A program made the translations under genes and the position numbers. From the NCBI GenBank assembly GCA_013265495.1, contig MU058687.1, forward strand, positions 2,854,001 through 2,918,000: a stretch of DNA of 64,000 bases, in the 5' to 3' direction. The stretch comes from Vicugna vicugna (taxonomy: Eukaryota). Positions 1 through 11,903 of the stretch are shown piece after piece. How positions within the stretch are numbered: the stretch's first letter is position 1; every line of letters begins with the position of its first letter. The notes beneath the pieces are model-generated. The model ran no database searches, was not told the origin of the DNA, and saw only the letters and a program-made list of their open reading frames with translations.

Positions 1-774
1 AGGCAGCTCAAGCAAATCCCAGAATTTGAAAGAGGGGGGCGATGCTATTTTTAAGGAGATATTGATGGTGGGGATTTCAGGCCTCACGAGCAGGCCAGAA
101 AGGGGCATTTGGAGACAGGGACCCTGGGAAGGAGCCCCCACACGGGACTGCATCCCGTCTGGAAGCCTCCCAGTGCTGACTCTCAGCTGCTCTTGGCCCC
201 GGGTTCCAGGTCAGTGCTCTGCTCCCTGCCTGCTGAGCATTGGGCTGACACTGCTTTCAGTGGGGAGGACATTAACATGTGATCTCACTTCACCAGCCAT
301 CCCTTTGGCCCCTTCAGAGGCTTCTCTTTTCCCAAATGTTGTGTATGAGCTTTGGCAGATGTCTTTCTTTGTCCTCGGAGCCCATTCCATTTTAGGGTCT
401 TTGGTACCTCCCCTGCCCTGGTCTCTAGGCGTGAGTGTGAGATGTGTCCAGCTGTGCTCAGCCTTCTGGCAGGGTCTGGTCCCCTCCTGCAGGGGAGGGT
501 CCCCCTGACACTGCCTGGGAGGGTAGAAGCCCAGAAATAGCTCAGGTCTTTTCCCCTGGCTGAGCACCATCCCTGAGCCCTGGGGAGGGTCCCCAGGCTG
601 AACTGTCCTCAGACTTCCACAATCAGTCTCTGGAAGAAGCTGCTTCACCAGGGCAACTGGCCATAATCATCAGGCTTGGAGGGACCAGATATACCTCGTA
701 GGCCCTAAAATCAACCTGTTTTCACTGCACAGTCACCTTAAGCAGCTGACTGCTCTGTGAAGACAGAAGCTAAG

Positions 775-870
775 CCCAGTTCCTTTCTCTGTCCCCACCA
801 CTGCCTATCATGCAGTAGGTGCTCAATATATGTGTTGAATGAATCAATCAATCAATGAATGGATGAATAA
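775..870 (+). mobile_element. L2 3' end fragment
   Basis: cagtaggtgctcaatatatgtgttgaatgaat... is the typical L2 tail. Confidence 0.7.
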
Positions 871-954
871 AAACCCAACTCCTTGTTACTTTTCAGGAGG
901 GAATTTATTGGATATCTATACCCAATAGTCCACAGTAGAAAAACAATCCAGTGT

Positions 955-1200
955 CTGAGTTAAAAGGATAAACTTAAGAGCAGACAGCCTGGGTTTGAAT
1001 CCCAGCTCTGCCACTTACTAGCCACAAGGCTTTGCACAATTTATATAAGCTCTCTGTGCCTCAGTTTCTTTACCTGAAAAATAAGGGTAATAATAAGGCA
1101 TACGTCAAGGGGTTGCTGTGAGGAATAAATAGTGTGGATAAAGTGGGGATATGACAAGGGCCTGACATGCAGAGAATGCTCAGTAAGGGCTGGTCATTAT
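955..1200 (+). mobile_element. MIR SINE
   Basis: Core cctgggtttgaatcccagctctgccacttactagc...ctctgtgcctcagtttc. Confidence 0.85.
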
Positions 1201-2039
1201 CACTCACAGTAGAATGACTGTGATGAGTGTCAGTGCCGTACACTACACCAGGTGTGAAGGAAAGCAGAGGATTCCACCATCTCCAGTCCTGCCCTCTAAG
1301 TAGACAGTAGAGTTGGGAGATGAAACCCACACAGGAAGGAGTAAGTTAGAGCTGCCAGGTGTAGGGGAAGATTCCCCTGGGGCTGAACTAGCTGAGGAAA
1401 GACCCTGTGGGATTAGTGGGGCTGGGAGAGGCCTAGGCTAATGGAAGAGACATGTGATTGTGGGGCGTGGGGTTGCCCATCCAGATGCAGAGGGCCACAA
1501 AGGGGATGTGGGCCTTGCCAGTCAGGTCAGGAGATTGTACATCATGCAGGTCATCCCTGCATTTCAGGGTTTTCAGTTTTCAATTCTACTCTCACTCCTG
1601 CAAGCCATTTTGGCAGAAACCCCATTTGCTGAGGGTGGGAAGGAAGAGTGATGGGAGCTCCCAGAGGCCCCCCTTTGGGCCCAGAGAGAGGTTCAGAGAT
1701 CTCTGATGTTCCCAGTTGAGTTCCCCAGCAGCTTTGGGCTGAAATCTTGGGCAATAAGCATGACTCTCTGCTTTTCATCTCCAACCTGGCAGACCCTGTT
1801 CATTTAGAAAAACTAGACATCAGTTTATGCCTGATGCACCCAGGCCAAACACCCTTGACTTAGGATGAGCCAGGGTTTTGTAAGAAATAATTAGAGGGAG
1901 GAGGAAGGGTCCATGGGATCATGCCCTCAGGATTTAAATCTTCTGCAAGTTGCATACTCATATTCCCATCACTCCTAAATGGAGACTCGCAATTCCCAGA
2001 AATCACCTGGCATCCTTGGGTTCTGCACAGTCCTTCCTA

Positions 2040-2345
2040 TCTCCACTTCCACCCACAGCCTTGATTTTCTGCCTCACCAACTCCTAGTCATCCTGTGTAA
2101 CCCAGATGTCACCTCCTCTGGGTAGTCTTCCAGCCTACCCACAGATGAATGACTGCTCTCCTCCCAGTTTCTGTAGCACCCTGTTCTCCCTTACATCAGT
2201 GCTCTCTTGCCACAGAATCACAACTATCTGTGATTGGTCCTCTTCCCTGTGAGCTCCCTCAGGACAGGTAATAGGGTCTTATTCATCTTTGCATCTTGGT
2301 TCTTGGCATTATGCCTGGCATTGAGTCAGCCTCAATGAACGTTTG
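2040..2345 (+). mobile_element. L2 fragment
   Basis: atgtcacctcctctgg...tgtgagctccctcaggacagg...tgcctggca...ctcaatgaac. Confidence 0.7.
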
Positions 2346-3647
2346 GGGAATGATTGGAGGACCTGGGCCAGCATTACCCAGAGAGAGGGGAATAAGGGAA
2401 TAGGGCAGACACAGAGGCCAACATCAGGAGCAGCTGAGCTCACCCAGACACCCCTGCCCGACCAGCAGGATCACCTGACTGTACAGGTCCAAGGTTTTGT
2501 CTCATCTCTAAAGCATCACAGATAAGGCAGGACCACAGCATCCTTCTCCCTGCCCATCACCTGCTTCCTCCCAGCAGGAGGGGTTGCCTCCCAAGCATCC
2601 ATGAGAGCATGCCCATAAGCAAGACATGAAGGGGAGAAATGAGGCCAGTTGGAGAACACAGGTTACAGAGAGGAGCCAGGACATTTGGGGGACCAAATGC
2701 ATGGAGTGATAGGAACAACCATATTCTTAGGGAGGGAGATTGCTAAAAGGTGGCTGCCAGGACCTGATATTATAGTTGGGGGGTGTGGTTTAGGTCTCCT
2801 CAAGTATGTCCTCTTCCCAAAGCTCCTTTGGTTCCCAAACCCTAGAGTGTGGTAATCTGACACTAGGACCTGGGCCAGAGCACCCACTTGTTGGACGGGA
2901 ATATTGAGGCACTGTCTCACTCTGTCTGACACTGGATATAGAGGCCAGAGGATCTATGATCTCTGCTGGCACAGGGAGATGGTTCCCCCTGGCTTTGGGG
3001 GTCAGAGAGTTGTGCATAAAGTACTACCTGCAGATGCTCTGAATCCCTTCCTCTACACAGGGTTGCAGAGTGGTTAGTTAGGAATGACACCATCAGCTGC
3101 CAGCCGATGGGCCAATGACACCAGTGAATTCTTCAGGGGATGAACCCCACCCAGGTTTATGTTCTCGTTCCAATTCCAATACTCCCGATGGTCTGCCTTT
3201 TGTGGTCACCTTCATCACCCTGTCTTAACCTTCAGGATCACCTTGTGCCCTTTCCCCAGCAGCCTTCCAGTCATGCTCCATGTCTGTGAAGTGGCTCTGA
3301 TACCTTCCCCTCCTTACCAGCACACAGCCACTATTTCCACTCAGACCCTGGTTGCATAATTCAGATCACAGCAAACATCTCTTATCGGGTCCGTCCCACT
3401 TCCAGTCTACCTGAAAAGGCTCCATTTTCTTAACTCTAGCTCTAATCATGTAATTCCCTTGCTCAAAACCTTCAGTGGTTCCCTATTACCTGTCAAATTT
3501 ATTCCAGATCTCTTACTTTGGCATTTAAGGCCCCCTCTGCTCAGGTCTCATCTCTTAGCCTTAACTCCCTCTGCTTCTCTGTGATTTCCCCTATGCTTAC
3601 CATTCCATGATCACTCCAAGGCTCCATCGTGTAGACCTGCTACCAAC

Positions 3648-3960
3648 CAGCGGTGATATTCACACTTTAACCAACCACACACCACAACTCTGACCACTCA
3701 CAGTGGAAACTGGCTGAAGGGCTGGAGCAGGGTCCTGTGGGTCCCACGCAGGTGCCAGGCATTTCCCTTTTCATTGCTGGTTTGTGAGGTGAGCCAGGGA
3801 TCCCAGAGGAGGAGCAGGAGCAGCTGGGACAGCAGGGGTGGATTACTCAGGGAGTCTGGACAATGGGTGTTTACCCACTGGAGCAGAAGTGTTTTTAATA
3901 CCTTAAATAATTTAACAGCTAGTGTGACTGTGTCAGTGCATTCCAGCCTTGCCAGCCCTG
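3648..3960. mobile_element. Non-autonomous hAT DNA transposon (Tip100-type, ORSL/Arthur-like)
   Basis: Termini CAGCGGTG.../...CAGCCCTG flanked by a perfect 8-bp TSD CTACCAAC (3640-3647 and 3961-3968). Confidence 0.7.
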
Positions 3961-4014
3961 CTACCAACCACAGTGCCAAAACAGTCACATCAAATCCAGT
4001 TTAAAACCACATAT

Positions 4015-4020
4015 TTTATT
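4015..4020 (-). terminator. Polyadenylation signal AATAAA of ZDHHC22
   Basis: tttatt on plus. Followed on the minus strand by GU-rich ggatttgatgtgactgttttggcactgtggttgg (3997-3964). Confidence 0.75.
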
Positions 4021-5574
4021 GATGTTTTTCATTGACAATACAGGGCCATGTATACAAATGTTACTCAAGTCCCACACCTGGCAACCTCCCCACCATCACC
4101 CCCTACTGACCAATCAGCCAGAAGATGACCCCCTACACATCTCCCTTTATTCCTTCACAGTGCTGAGCCTCCAGGAGGCCAAGAATGGCAGAGCTGGCTT
4201 CCATGCTTGAGCTTTGGGGTTGGGAGAGACCCAAGGCCTGGATTGCTCAGGGCCTCTCGTTTCATTTCTTCCACTCCCACTGTTTAAGCGTGGCCAGAAC
4301 TGAGGGTGAGGATGTCCCCCAATGACCCATCCATCCAGGAAGACTGGGCCCCCTTCAATCCTCTCTGCCACATCCTTCTCCTCCAAGTGTCCTGCCCTGC
4401 TAACCAACAAGTTGGCAGAGTAACCACTTTTCAGGAGGTGGGAGTCAGTGCATGGGGACAGGGACAAGTTGCTACTGATAGCAGAGATCTCATCAACTGT
4501 GCACCACTGTATACCAGTTCCTGGCAGAGACTTGGCAGATAGTTGGTGTTCAGTGAATACATGTAGGCTGCATGAATGAATTAATATAAGAGATAGAAGT
4601 ATGAGAAGTATGAGCAGGTGGTACCATTACTACATTAGTTCTCCAGGGGGCATGAAGGCAGAACCAAGATAAAGTCCTCCCAAGCTCCGCTCAAGAACTC
4701 AAGGTGTTATGCGGCAATGGCTGGGTCACTGTGGCCACCAGCGGAACACTGTAGAGTGTGGGCTTCAGCTCCCCACCTGCCTGGATGGCAAACTGGCCTT
4801 GAGGCTCAGTCAGGAGGGGGCACTTGTGTTGTCCCCACTCCCTCATATGGCCCAGGAGGCTGGTCTTCTCGGTCCCAGAACACACAGCAGTGCCCTCATC
4901 CAGAGACAGTCAGGTCTGGTCTCTCAGTTGCATCCCTATATTCTGATATCCCCATTCTTGAGCCTCAGTTCTCCCAATCTCACTCCTCAGAGTTGAGCAT
5001 GACCCTCCAGCTTTGCTCTCCCCACCACTGATCCAGCTGCCCCTGACAACACTCCACCTTCCTGTCTTCAAATGCCAACCCCCTCAACTAGCACTAATAC
5101 CTAGGAGTCCTATCTCTCAAGAGACTGTCTCCCTGGTGGTTGGGTGGGGCCCTAAAATTTGTATCATGATTTTCAGAACCCTCCATGTCCACCCCCTCCT
5201 CCATGAAAGCAAGTAGCTCACAGGCATCTCCACAGATCTTGCCTCTGGATCTGGCAGTCATGAAGAGGACACTGGAATCTTGGGGTGGGAAAGGATCTTC
5301 CTTTCTCTGGCCCTGTGCAGAATTTTTTCCACAACATGCCTGCCAGATGACTGACTATTCTTTTCTGGAATACCTCCAGTTGTGAGGTACTCACTACCTC
5401 CCCAGGCAATCATTCAAACAACAAACAGCTTTAGCTGCTAGACTGTCCTTCAGAAATGAACTCATTTGCCCCTCTCATTCTCATCCCCCAAATATCCAAG
5501 TGCCCAACCCCTGTCTGACTCTCTCTCCTCCCATTCTTTCTCGATTTTCATAACAACACTCCTAACCACCTCTC

Positions 5575-5612
5575 CCTCTCTCTCTCTCCCCCTCTCTCAC
5601 ACACACACACAC
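5575..5612. repeat. (CT)n(CA)n compound microsatellite in the 3'UTR
   Basis: Directly visible. Confidence 0.9.
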
Positions 5613-6436
5613 AAGTGTGTGGTGTGGACCCTTCTATATGGTTATGTAGTCACATACTTCTCTGATTTATCAGTATTCCCTTTACTTCTCCCTTCTTCCT
5701 TGCCTTCCCAGCATCTAGCAAAGGCCCAGAGGCTGGAGCCCAATGGGAAAGGCTGAAAGAGTCCCAGGGAAAGGAAGCATCCACCCAGGCCCTGGGATAG
5801 AGAGGGGACAGCAGCTGGAAATCCCAGGCCATTGGCTCCTGTCTCCCAGAGAAGTGCCTTGCAATCTGGGGGATGGGCAGCAAGCTACTGAGTTCTTTTT
5901 TCCTTCCGCTGTCCACAATTCCACAGAGGGGATGAGGACACACACCCCTCCTTTTCCAACCTTGCTAGCAGTTGGCAGAGCTGAGTTGGCTGCCTCTCAC
6001 ACATGGTAATTTTAAACATTTTTGCCAACCTCCAGGTTCTGGGGAGCATCATATTGGCAGTAAGAATCCACTCCCCACTCCTAGCATGGGGCTGCAAGGA
6101 AAAGTTCTAGCAGATAGCAGTGATGACATAAAACTCAGTAGAGAATGGACTAACCAGGCACACACCCCCAGGGAAAGAGACAAGAGCAGAGGCCTCTGAA
6201 CAGTCAGGAGCCACCTGGCTGGCTCACGGGGAGCCTAGCAATGCCTGGGTGGCCATTTTTCCTCCTTGTCATGATCCATCAGCCAACACTGTTCTCTATA
6301 TGTTACAGACCAGGGATGGTTGCTAGGGTCTTACCAGTCTAAAGTTGTAGTGGGTCATGGGTGGAGACAAAGGTGCCGTGGTCTTATGTTCACAAGGAGT
6401 CAAGATACACACAGAGAGAAATGATGAGAGTGCCTG

Positions 6437-6702
6437 CTACTTGTCCCGCTGCTTGGAGCTCTCACTTCCGACATTGAACATGGGGACCAGCAGGCCCAAC
6501 AGCCATCTCTTCCCGAAGACCTCCTGTAAGTTCTTGCGCCAGGGCCGGGCCCTCACCGCCACCCCCTTCCGCACCTGGTGGCGTGTCTGCCCCCGGAGGA
6601 TCAACAGCAGCTGATGGCAGCAGAAGCCAGCGCAGGCCAGGCCAATGGCAAACCAGAGGTAGAGCATGAGGATGACGAACATTTCAGAACCGAGGACAGC
6701 TC
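6437..6702 (-). CDS. ZDHHC22: ZDHHC22 last coding exon (exon 3; 266 coding nt including TAG)
   Basis: Acceptor ccctgcag|GA. The phase-1 join gives G-A-V-L-G-S-E-M-F-V-I-L...SESSKQRDK*. 526+266 = 792 nt = 263 aa plus stop, matching the recalled length of human ZDHHC22. Confidence 0.97.
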
Positions 6703-6703
6703 C
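6683..6703 (+). promoter_or_regulatory. RE1/NRSE (REST) motif within coding exon 3
   Basis: TTCAGAACCGAGGACAGCTCC vs consensus TTCAGCACC-NN-GGACAGCNCC; one core mismatch, canonical 2-nt spacer. Confidence 0.6.
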
Positions 6704-8867
6704 TGCAGGGGGCGGGGAAACACCAGAATCGCTTTACACCCAGGCCACGTACAGAACTGCGATCCGGGCAGGCGCTTTCCACTCCGGGAAGGAGATTAAT
6801 GAGATTGAAGCTACATTTTGTAGTTATCTCAGAGCTGAAGCGAGGGAGAGGAACTCATTGTCCTAACTTTTTCTTAGTACTGATGGCTCCTGAGGCGAGA
6901 GAGGAGAACTGGGGGCATGCGGAAGATAGGAAGGAAACTTCTATGGGCAGTGCCTAGGGGCTAACATCTCCTTAGGGTAAGTGATACCCATCTCTCTCTG
7001 CCTTCTCTTTTGGGGCTAGACACAGAGAGGGGTTTTTCTCAGGAGGAGAGAGCGGTGAGCTGATGACCTTGGAGAGGGAGCCGCTGCCTGGGCAGCTGTC
7101 TAGACTGCAGTGCCTTCTCTCTTTGGAGCTGTGAGCACTGGCTGGAAGATTCAGGAAACTGACAGCATGATGGAGAACAGGGCCTAGTCATCAAGAAGAA
7201 TAAGTCACAAGCTTCAAGGCAGCGCAGAGCGCTTAGAGGATAATTCAGTCGTCAGTGTTAAAAAGAGGACAGTATGGCCACCAGAACTTTCAGCCGGAGC
7301 TGTCCTGTCAGAGCTTACTGAAGCTGGAAGAAGCTCCCAAAGTCATCAGTCTACTCCCTGCCTTGAGCCAGACTTCCCCTAAACCCCTCTAAACCAGCTC
7401 TCTCCGTGATTAGTTTAAATATCCACTGAGTAAGAGATGCTTCAGAGGTGGGGTGGTCAGTCCATGTTAAGTTTGAATCTCCCAGCTCTGTGGTCTTGCA
7501 CAAATTTCTTAACCTCTCCAAGTTGCTGTTTGCTCATATGTAAAATGAGTATAATAATAATTATTCCATAGGGTTGCATGATTCAGGGAGATTGTGTGTG
7601 CAGTGGCCAGTGTTCAGATTCACACTCAGCACAGACCTCCCTGCTGAGCATCATTCACAAATAAGGAGAGTACATCCAAAAGGGGCTCAAGTTTAACTCC
7701 TAAGACCATCAAGCTTTCTCCATCTCCTTTCCAGAGCTTAGAGTCCTGGCTGGACTGCAACTCCAGCAGCCTTGACCTGCCCAGCAACCAGGGTGGTGGG
7801 GCCAGGGGAGAATTAAAAAGCCCTCCTCAGTTCTTCTCTCCTGCACACCACCACCTCCTCCAGTGAGATAAGGGTACTTGCCAGATAGCCCACCATACAA
7901 CCTGTTCAGCCTCTGCAAATCTCAGCCACATCCCTCCCTTCTCCAGCTTTCCCTGGCCCTGCACACCTCTTCTCGTCTCCCCAGGCTTCAATTTCCAGAC
8001 CTCTGGGGGTTGGGCTTTTAAAACTTTTCCAGTCTGAGCAGTGGTAGACTCAGTAGCCAGGAGGATATGAACGTGACTCAGGTTAGCTCATTAGCAGCCC
8101 CCTCATGCCCTCAGCCTAGAAGCTTTGATAGCAGGTTTCTCTTTGCAAACTCGGGGACAATTAAGTCCTGCTGCCCAGGGAATGGGAATCTCAGTCCAGT
8201 TGGCATTTTGAGAAGCCCCTCCACTTGCACAGACTCAATTGGGCTGTGCTATGTCTCTGACCCACTTCTTCCTTGTCAGCATAGGTTAGCTCAGGCAACC
8301 ACAAGCAGGATGCAGGATCCTGAGACCATGGTGCCCTCTGGGGTGCAGGAATGCTGACAGGCAAAGATGGCCCTCAAGCTGAGATGTGAGAACATCAGAG
8401 CTGTCAAGCTCAAGCCTGCCTTGCAACTCAGCCTCAGGGACCAGCCTGGGCTGATGGAAGCTGTTTTCCACAGACTTTTTTTTTTTTCTGGCACTAAATC
8501 AAGGCAGGCAGAAAAGACCTTGTGGCCTTTCCCTGGCCTGTTGCAGCAGCTACAAAAGGCTATTCTGGGGACCTGCTTTCTCTCAAAGTGTTTGAAGCTG
8601 CTTAGTCTGGATGCCTCAGCTCCTCTGAACTATTTAATAATAGTTCTGCTTCTTTTAGAAAATCACAAAAGTTTTCTAACAGGCCTGAACAGTCACACCA
8701 TCCACCCAATCTCTCCACCCCTGCTTCCCACAAAATAGGACCTATAGCACCTTTGACAGACCATCACCCAGCATCAATGATATACCTCCAGGGACTGAAA
8801 GCTCACTCCCTCCCTCCCAAAGTGGCTCATTCATCGAGAAGCAACTTCAGAGAGGCAGCCCCAGAGA

Positions 8868-9110
8868 GGCAGTGTGGTGTGGTGGGAAGCATATGGGCTC
8901 TGGAGGTGAGCAGCCCTGAGTCCAAATCTTGGGGTTGGAATCATACCAGCTGTGTGGTATCAAAGCAACCTGACCTTGTTAAGCCTTTGGTTCCTGAGCC
9001 TCTAAAATGGATATAGTAATACCTACCTCATAAACTTGTCCTGAGGATTGGTTGAAATGAGACCTGCACAGTGGGTAGCACATAATAGTTGCTCAACAAA
9101 TATTAGCCCA
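8868..9110 (+). mobile_element. MIR SINE (ZDHHC22 intron 2)
   Basis: cagtgtggtgtggtgggaagcatatgggctctggag...taaaatggatatagtaatacctacctca. Confidence 0.75.
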
Positions 9111-10264
9111 ATTTCCCTTCTGCTGGATTTCTGGCACCCACCACACTGGTGTACTATCCAAGTGCCATGACACAGGCTAGATAATGTCATCTCCATTCCT
9201 CAGATAGGAAGAATGAGGCTCAGAGTGGTGATGCAACCTGTACTGACCCTACAAAGCCAAAAGAAAGGACAACACCTAAAATCTACTGAGCCAGCAGCCA
9301 CTAGAAGACCCCTTCCACTTCTAGCTCCCAGGGCCCACACTCACAGCCATGACTCAGGGGCAGCATCACAGCTGGGGACAGCTCAATCTATTAAATGATT
9401 TGGCCCTTTTTACACCCTCCTGTCCACCCGGCTTCCTGAGCAGATGAGAGAGAGGGTGCCCTCAACCATTTGGGGTGAAAACAGGGGGAGAAGGGAAAGG
9501 AAGGGAGAAGCTGAACAGGTAAGGTGTGTACTGGGGAGGAGAGAAAGGTTGGCAGAGGAGGAAGATGAGATGGGAGTGCTGGAGACTAGAAATCTTGGTC
9601 TCCTTTCCCTAGTGGGTATGGTAAGAAGGTTAAAGACAGTGGGACTCATTTTTTCTGGAGGAACAGGGATCTGGGCCCCAAGATAGGCACCTACTAGCTC
9701 TGTCCCCCTATCAGAGCAAAGCAAAGAGGTCCCTCTTCCTTACTTTCCTGTCTCCCACACCTAGCACATATGGACAAGACCTCAAGCCCAGGCTTATCTC
9801 AAGTCAAACCATTTCAAGATCCTCCCTTTGGAAGCCTCCACTTTTATGTGATGAAACTACTTGGAAAAGAAAGTGTAATCAGGCTCTCTGGCTCTCCTCC
9901 TTCCTCCACCTGCCTATGCTCACACTCCACCCACTAGCCCGCCCACCTACCCTCCCCCGTCCTGGTTATTTCAGTCCCAGCAGCCTTCGATGCTAGCGCC
10001 AGGATCCAGAAGGCCTGAGAGCTCTGCGTTCTGGGCCCAGCACAACCACCAGCCCTCAAGGCAACCCTCACAGCTGGGTTCTTCCTGGGCCTATGTGTTC
10101 CCACTGCCAAATGGCACAAAGTTCTACGCTTGTGAAGAAATGGGCTGCAGCCTCAACAAAGACCGAAATGATGACTTCCCCCAGAGGAGGGCAGGATTTT
10201 ATGAATGTTCAGCCCAGGCATGTCAAGATGCTTTGAGGTTCTCAGGAAGTAGCTGCATGCTGTC

Positions 10265-10290
10265 TTTTTTTTTTTTTTTTTTTTTTTTTT
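10265..10290. repeat. Poly(T)26 tract
   Basis: Directly visible. Confidence 0.95.
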
Positions 10291-11123
10291 ATGGAGGAAA
10301 AAACATGCTGTATTCTGTCTAGGTTGTCTAAAGACCAGGGAGGCAGGCCAGAGGCTGCTACTCAGAAATAGTAAGATCCTAAGTAGCCATTTAATCCCAT
10401 CTGAGCCTTAGTTTCTTCATGAAAATCGAGATAACACAGGCATCCACCCTAACAACTGTAAGAACCAAGTTAGGAATCAAAGGCCAAGGTAGGTGGAGTG
10501 AAGCAAATGAGAAAGGGATAAATTTCAAGGCTAGGTAGAGTGGTAAGAATTGCCACTAGAAACAGCGTCCTTCTGGGCCTAGTATTAGGGAGTTCTCCTT
10601 GGGGTACACTATAAAGTACAGTCCTCACCAGGGTACCCAAATGAGCCCCAGAGTGAAGGCCCACATGCCTGGCTCCTTCAGAAGTAAGAGCCTCCTGGAG
10701 GGTCAGATCCCACAACAGTCCCCTGGCTCTGTGGTGTGAAAATGGTGTCATTAAATATGGCTGCACCTCCAACCAGGATGCTCCTTGCCATGAGCCATCT
10801 GCAACCTAGAGAACAGCCTGGTGGGTAGGAGGGCAGGGTCAGCCTTCGGCTGGGGCTGGCCTGGCACTCTGGTCAATCGTATTATGATTGGTTGGCAAGA
10901 TATTTGGAGGGCAAAGTCCATGGAGGAATGTGTGAGCAGGATTGGGGTTCAGTCAGAGGAAGGTCATAGCATGGGTGTACCTCATAGGCTGCATGGAGGG
11001 ATGGCCAGCACTCAGTCCCGCCTGGCACAGAACAGGTGTATTGCCTAGATTGCCATGATTCTATGAGCAAATGGACAGGGGCAAGCAAGGAGGGGATGAT
11101 GAGTGAGGATGGGGGCCGGGAGG

Positions 11124-11320
11124 GAGGTTGCCAGATGAAAAACAGCATGGCCAGTTATTTGGAATTTCAAACAGATAAAGTAAAAAAAATTTAGTGTAAG
11201 TATGTCTCCTGCAATATTTGGAAATATTTATACTAAAAAGCTATGCATTGTTTATCTGAAATTACAACTTAACTGGGTATCCTGTTTTTTGTTTGTTTGT
11301 TGGCTTAATCTGGCAAATTT
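11124..11320. mobile_element. MER53 palindromic hAT MITE
   Basis: ggttgccagat...ccagtt...tttagtgtaagtatgtc...caatatttgg...tatactaaaaa...aactgg...atctggcaa; self-complementary arms match the recalled MER53 consensus. Confidence 0.85.
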
Positions 11321-11377
11321 GGGGTTGGGTGGGAGGTCTTTGTGTAGGGCCCAACCTGCCTGCCAAGGCCCACTCAC

Positions 11378-11903
11378 CGGAGAAGAACTGGCTGATGGAG
11401 GTGGGAAGGAGTGTGAGGAAGGCCAGGGGATGGGCGAAGGAGATGGAAAGGACTGCGGAGATGTAGGCCACGCCAGCCACCATGGAGTAGAGGCAAGCCA
11501 GGGAGGTGTAGAGGCAGAACAAGACGAAGTTGCGCATGTTCCTGCTCCCGATGCAATTCCCCGTGAAGAAACAATGATGGTCGTGCCTCAGGGTGACTCT
11601 GGCGCACACTCGGCAGAAGTGGGTGCTGGGCGGGGGGCACGGGGCTCTCCTGGCTGCAGTCCCCTGGCAGGCATCCAGGTCGTCCGGGGAATTCTGGATG
11701 ACCAGGACGTAATTGCCCAGGGCGTTGGTTGAGAGGAACAGGAAGAGTGCCCCATGGAGTAGAGCGGGCGAGAAGAGCCTGGCAGCCGCGGGGTCCTCAC
11801 GCATGCTGGGCAGGAAGAGGAAGAGCTGCAGCACGAAGGTCACCAGGGAGATGCACAGGAAGTAGGCGGGGGCCACCACGTTGAGCAGCCTCAGGGCGAG
11901 CAT
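11378..11903 (-). CDS. ZDHHC22: Palmitoyltransferase ZDHHC22, first coding exon (exon 2; 526 coding nt)
   Basis: Translates MLALRLLNVVAPAYFLC...HFCRVCARVTLRHDHHCFFTGNCIGSRNMRNF...SISQFFS, with the DHHC motif at 11571-11582 and hydrophobic TM segments. Acceptor cccttag|GAATG (exon starts 11917); donor TCCG|gtgagt after 11378 (phase 1). Confidence 0.97.

Larger units (their letters stand above)
3995..6436 (-). other. ZDHHC22: ZDHHC22 3'UTR (~2.4 kb)
   Basis: Runs from the stop codon to the AATAAA at 4015-4020 and its downstream GU-rich element. Confidence 0.7.

Noticed and set aside
26..648. 160-aa and 145-aa ORFs at the window start
   Set aside because: Non-ATG starts, no recognisable homology and no supporting exon structure.
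11262..11377. C-terminal extension (EWALAGRLG...YPVKL) of the 213-aa ORF
   Set aside because: Read-through past the gtgagt donor into intron 2 and MER53; the spliced frame gives the proper 263-aa protein.
11202..11732. 176-aa plus-strand ORF
   Set aside because: Antisense shadow of the GC-rich ZDHHC22 exon, starting inside MER53.
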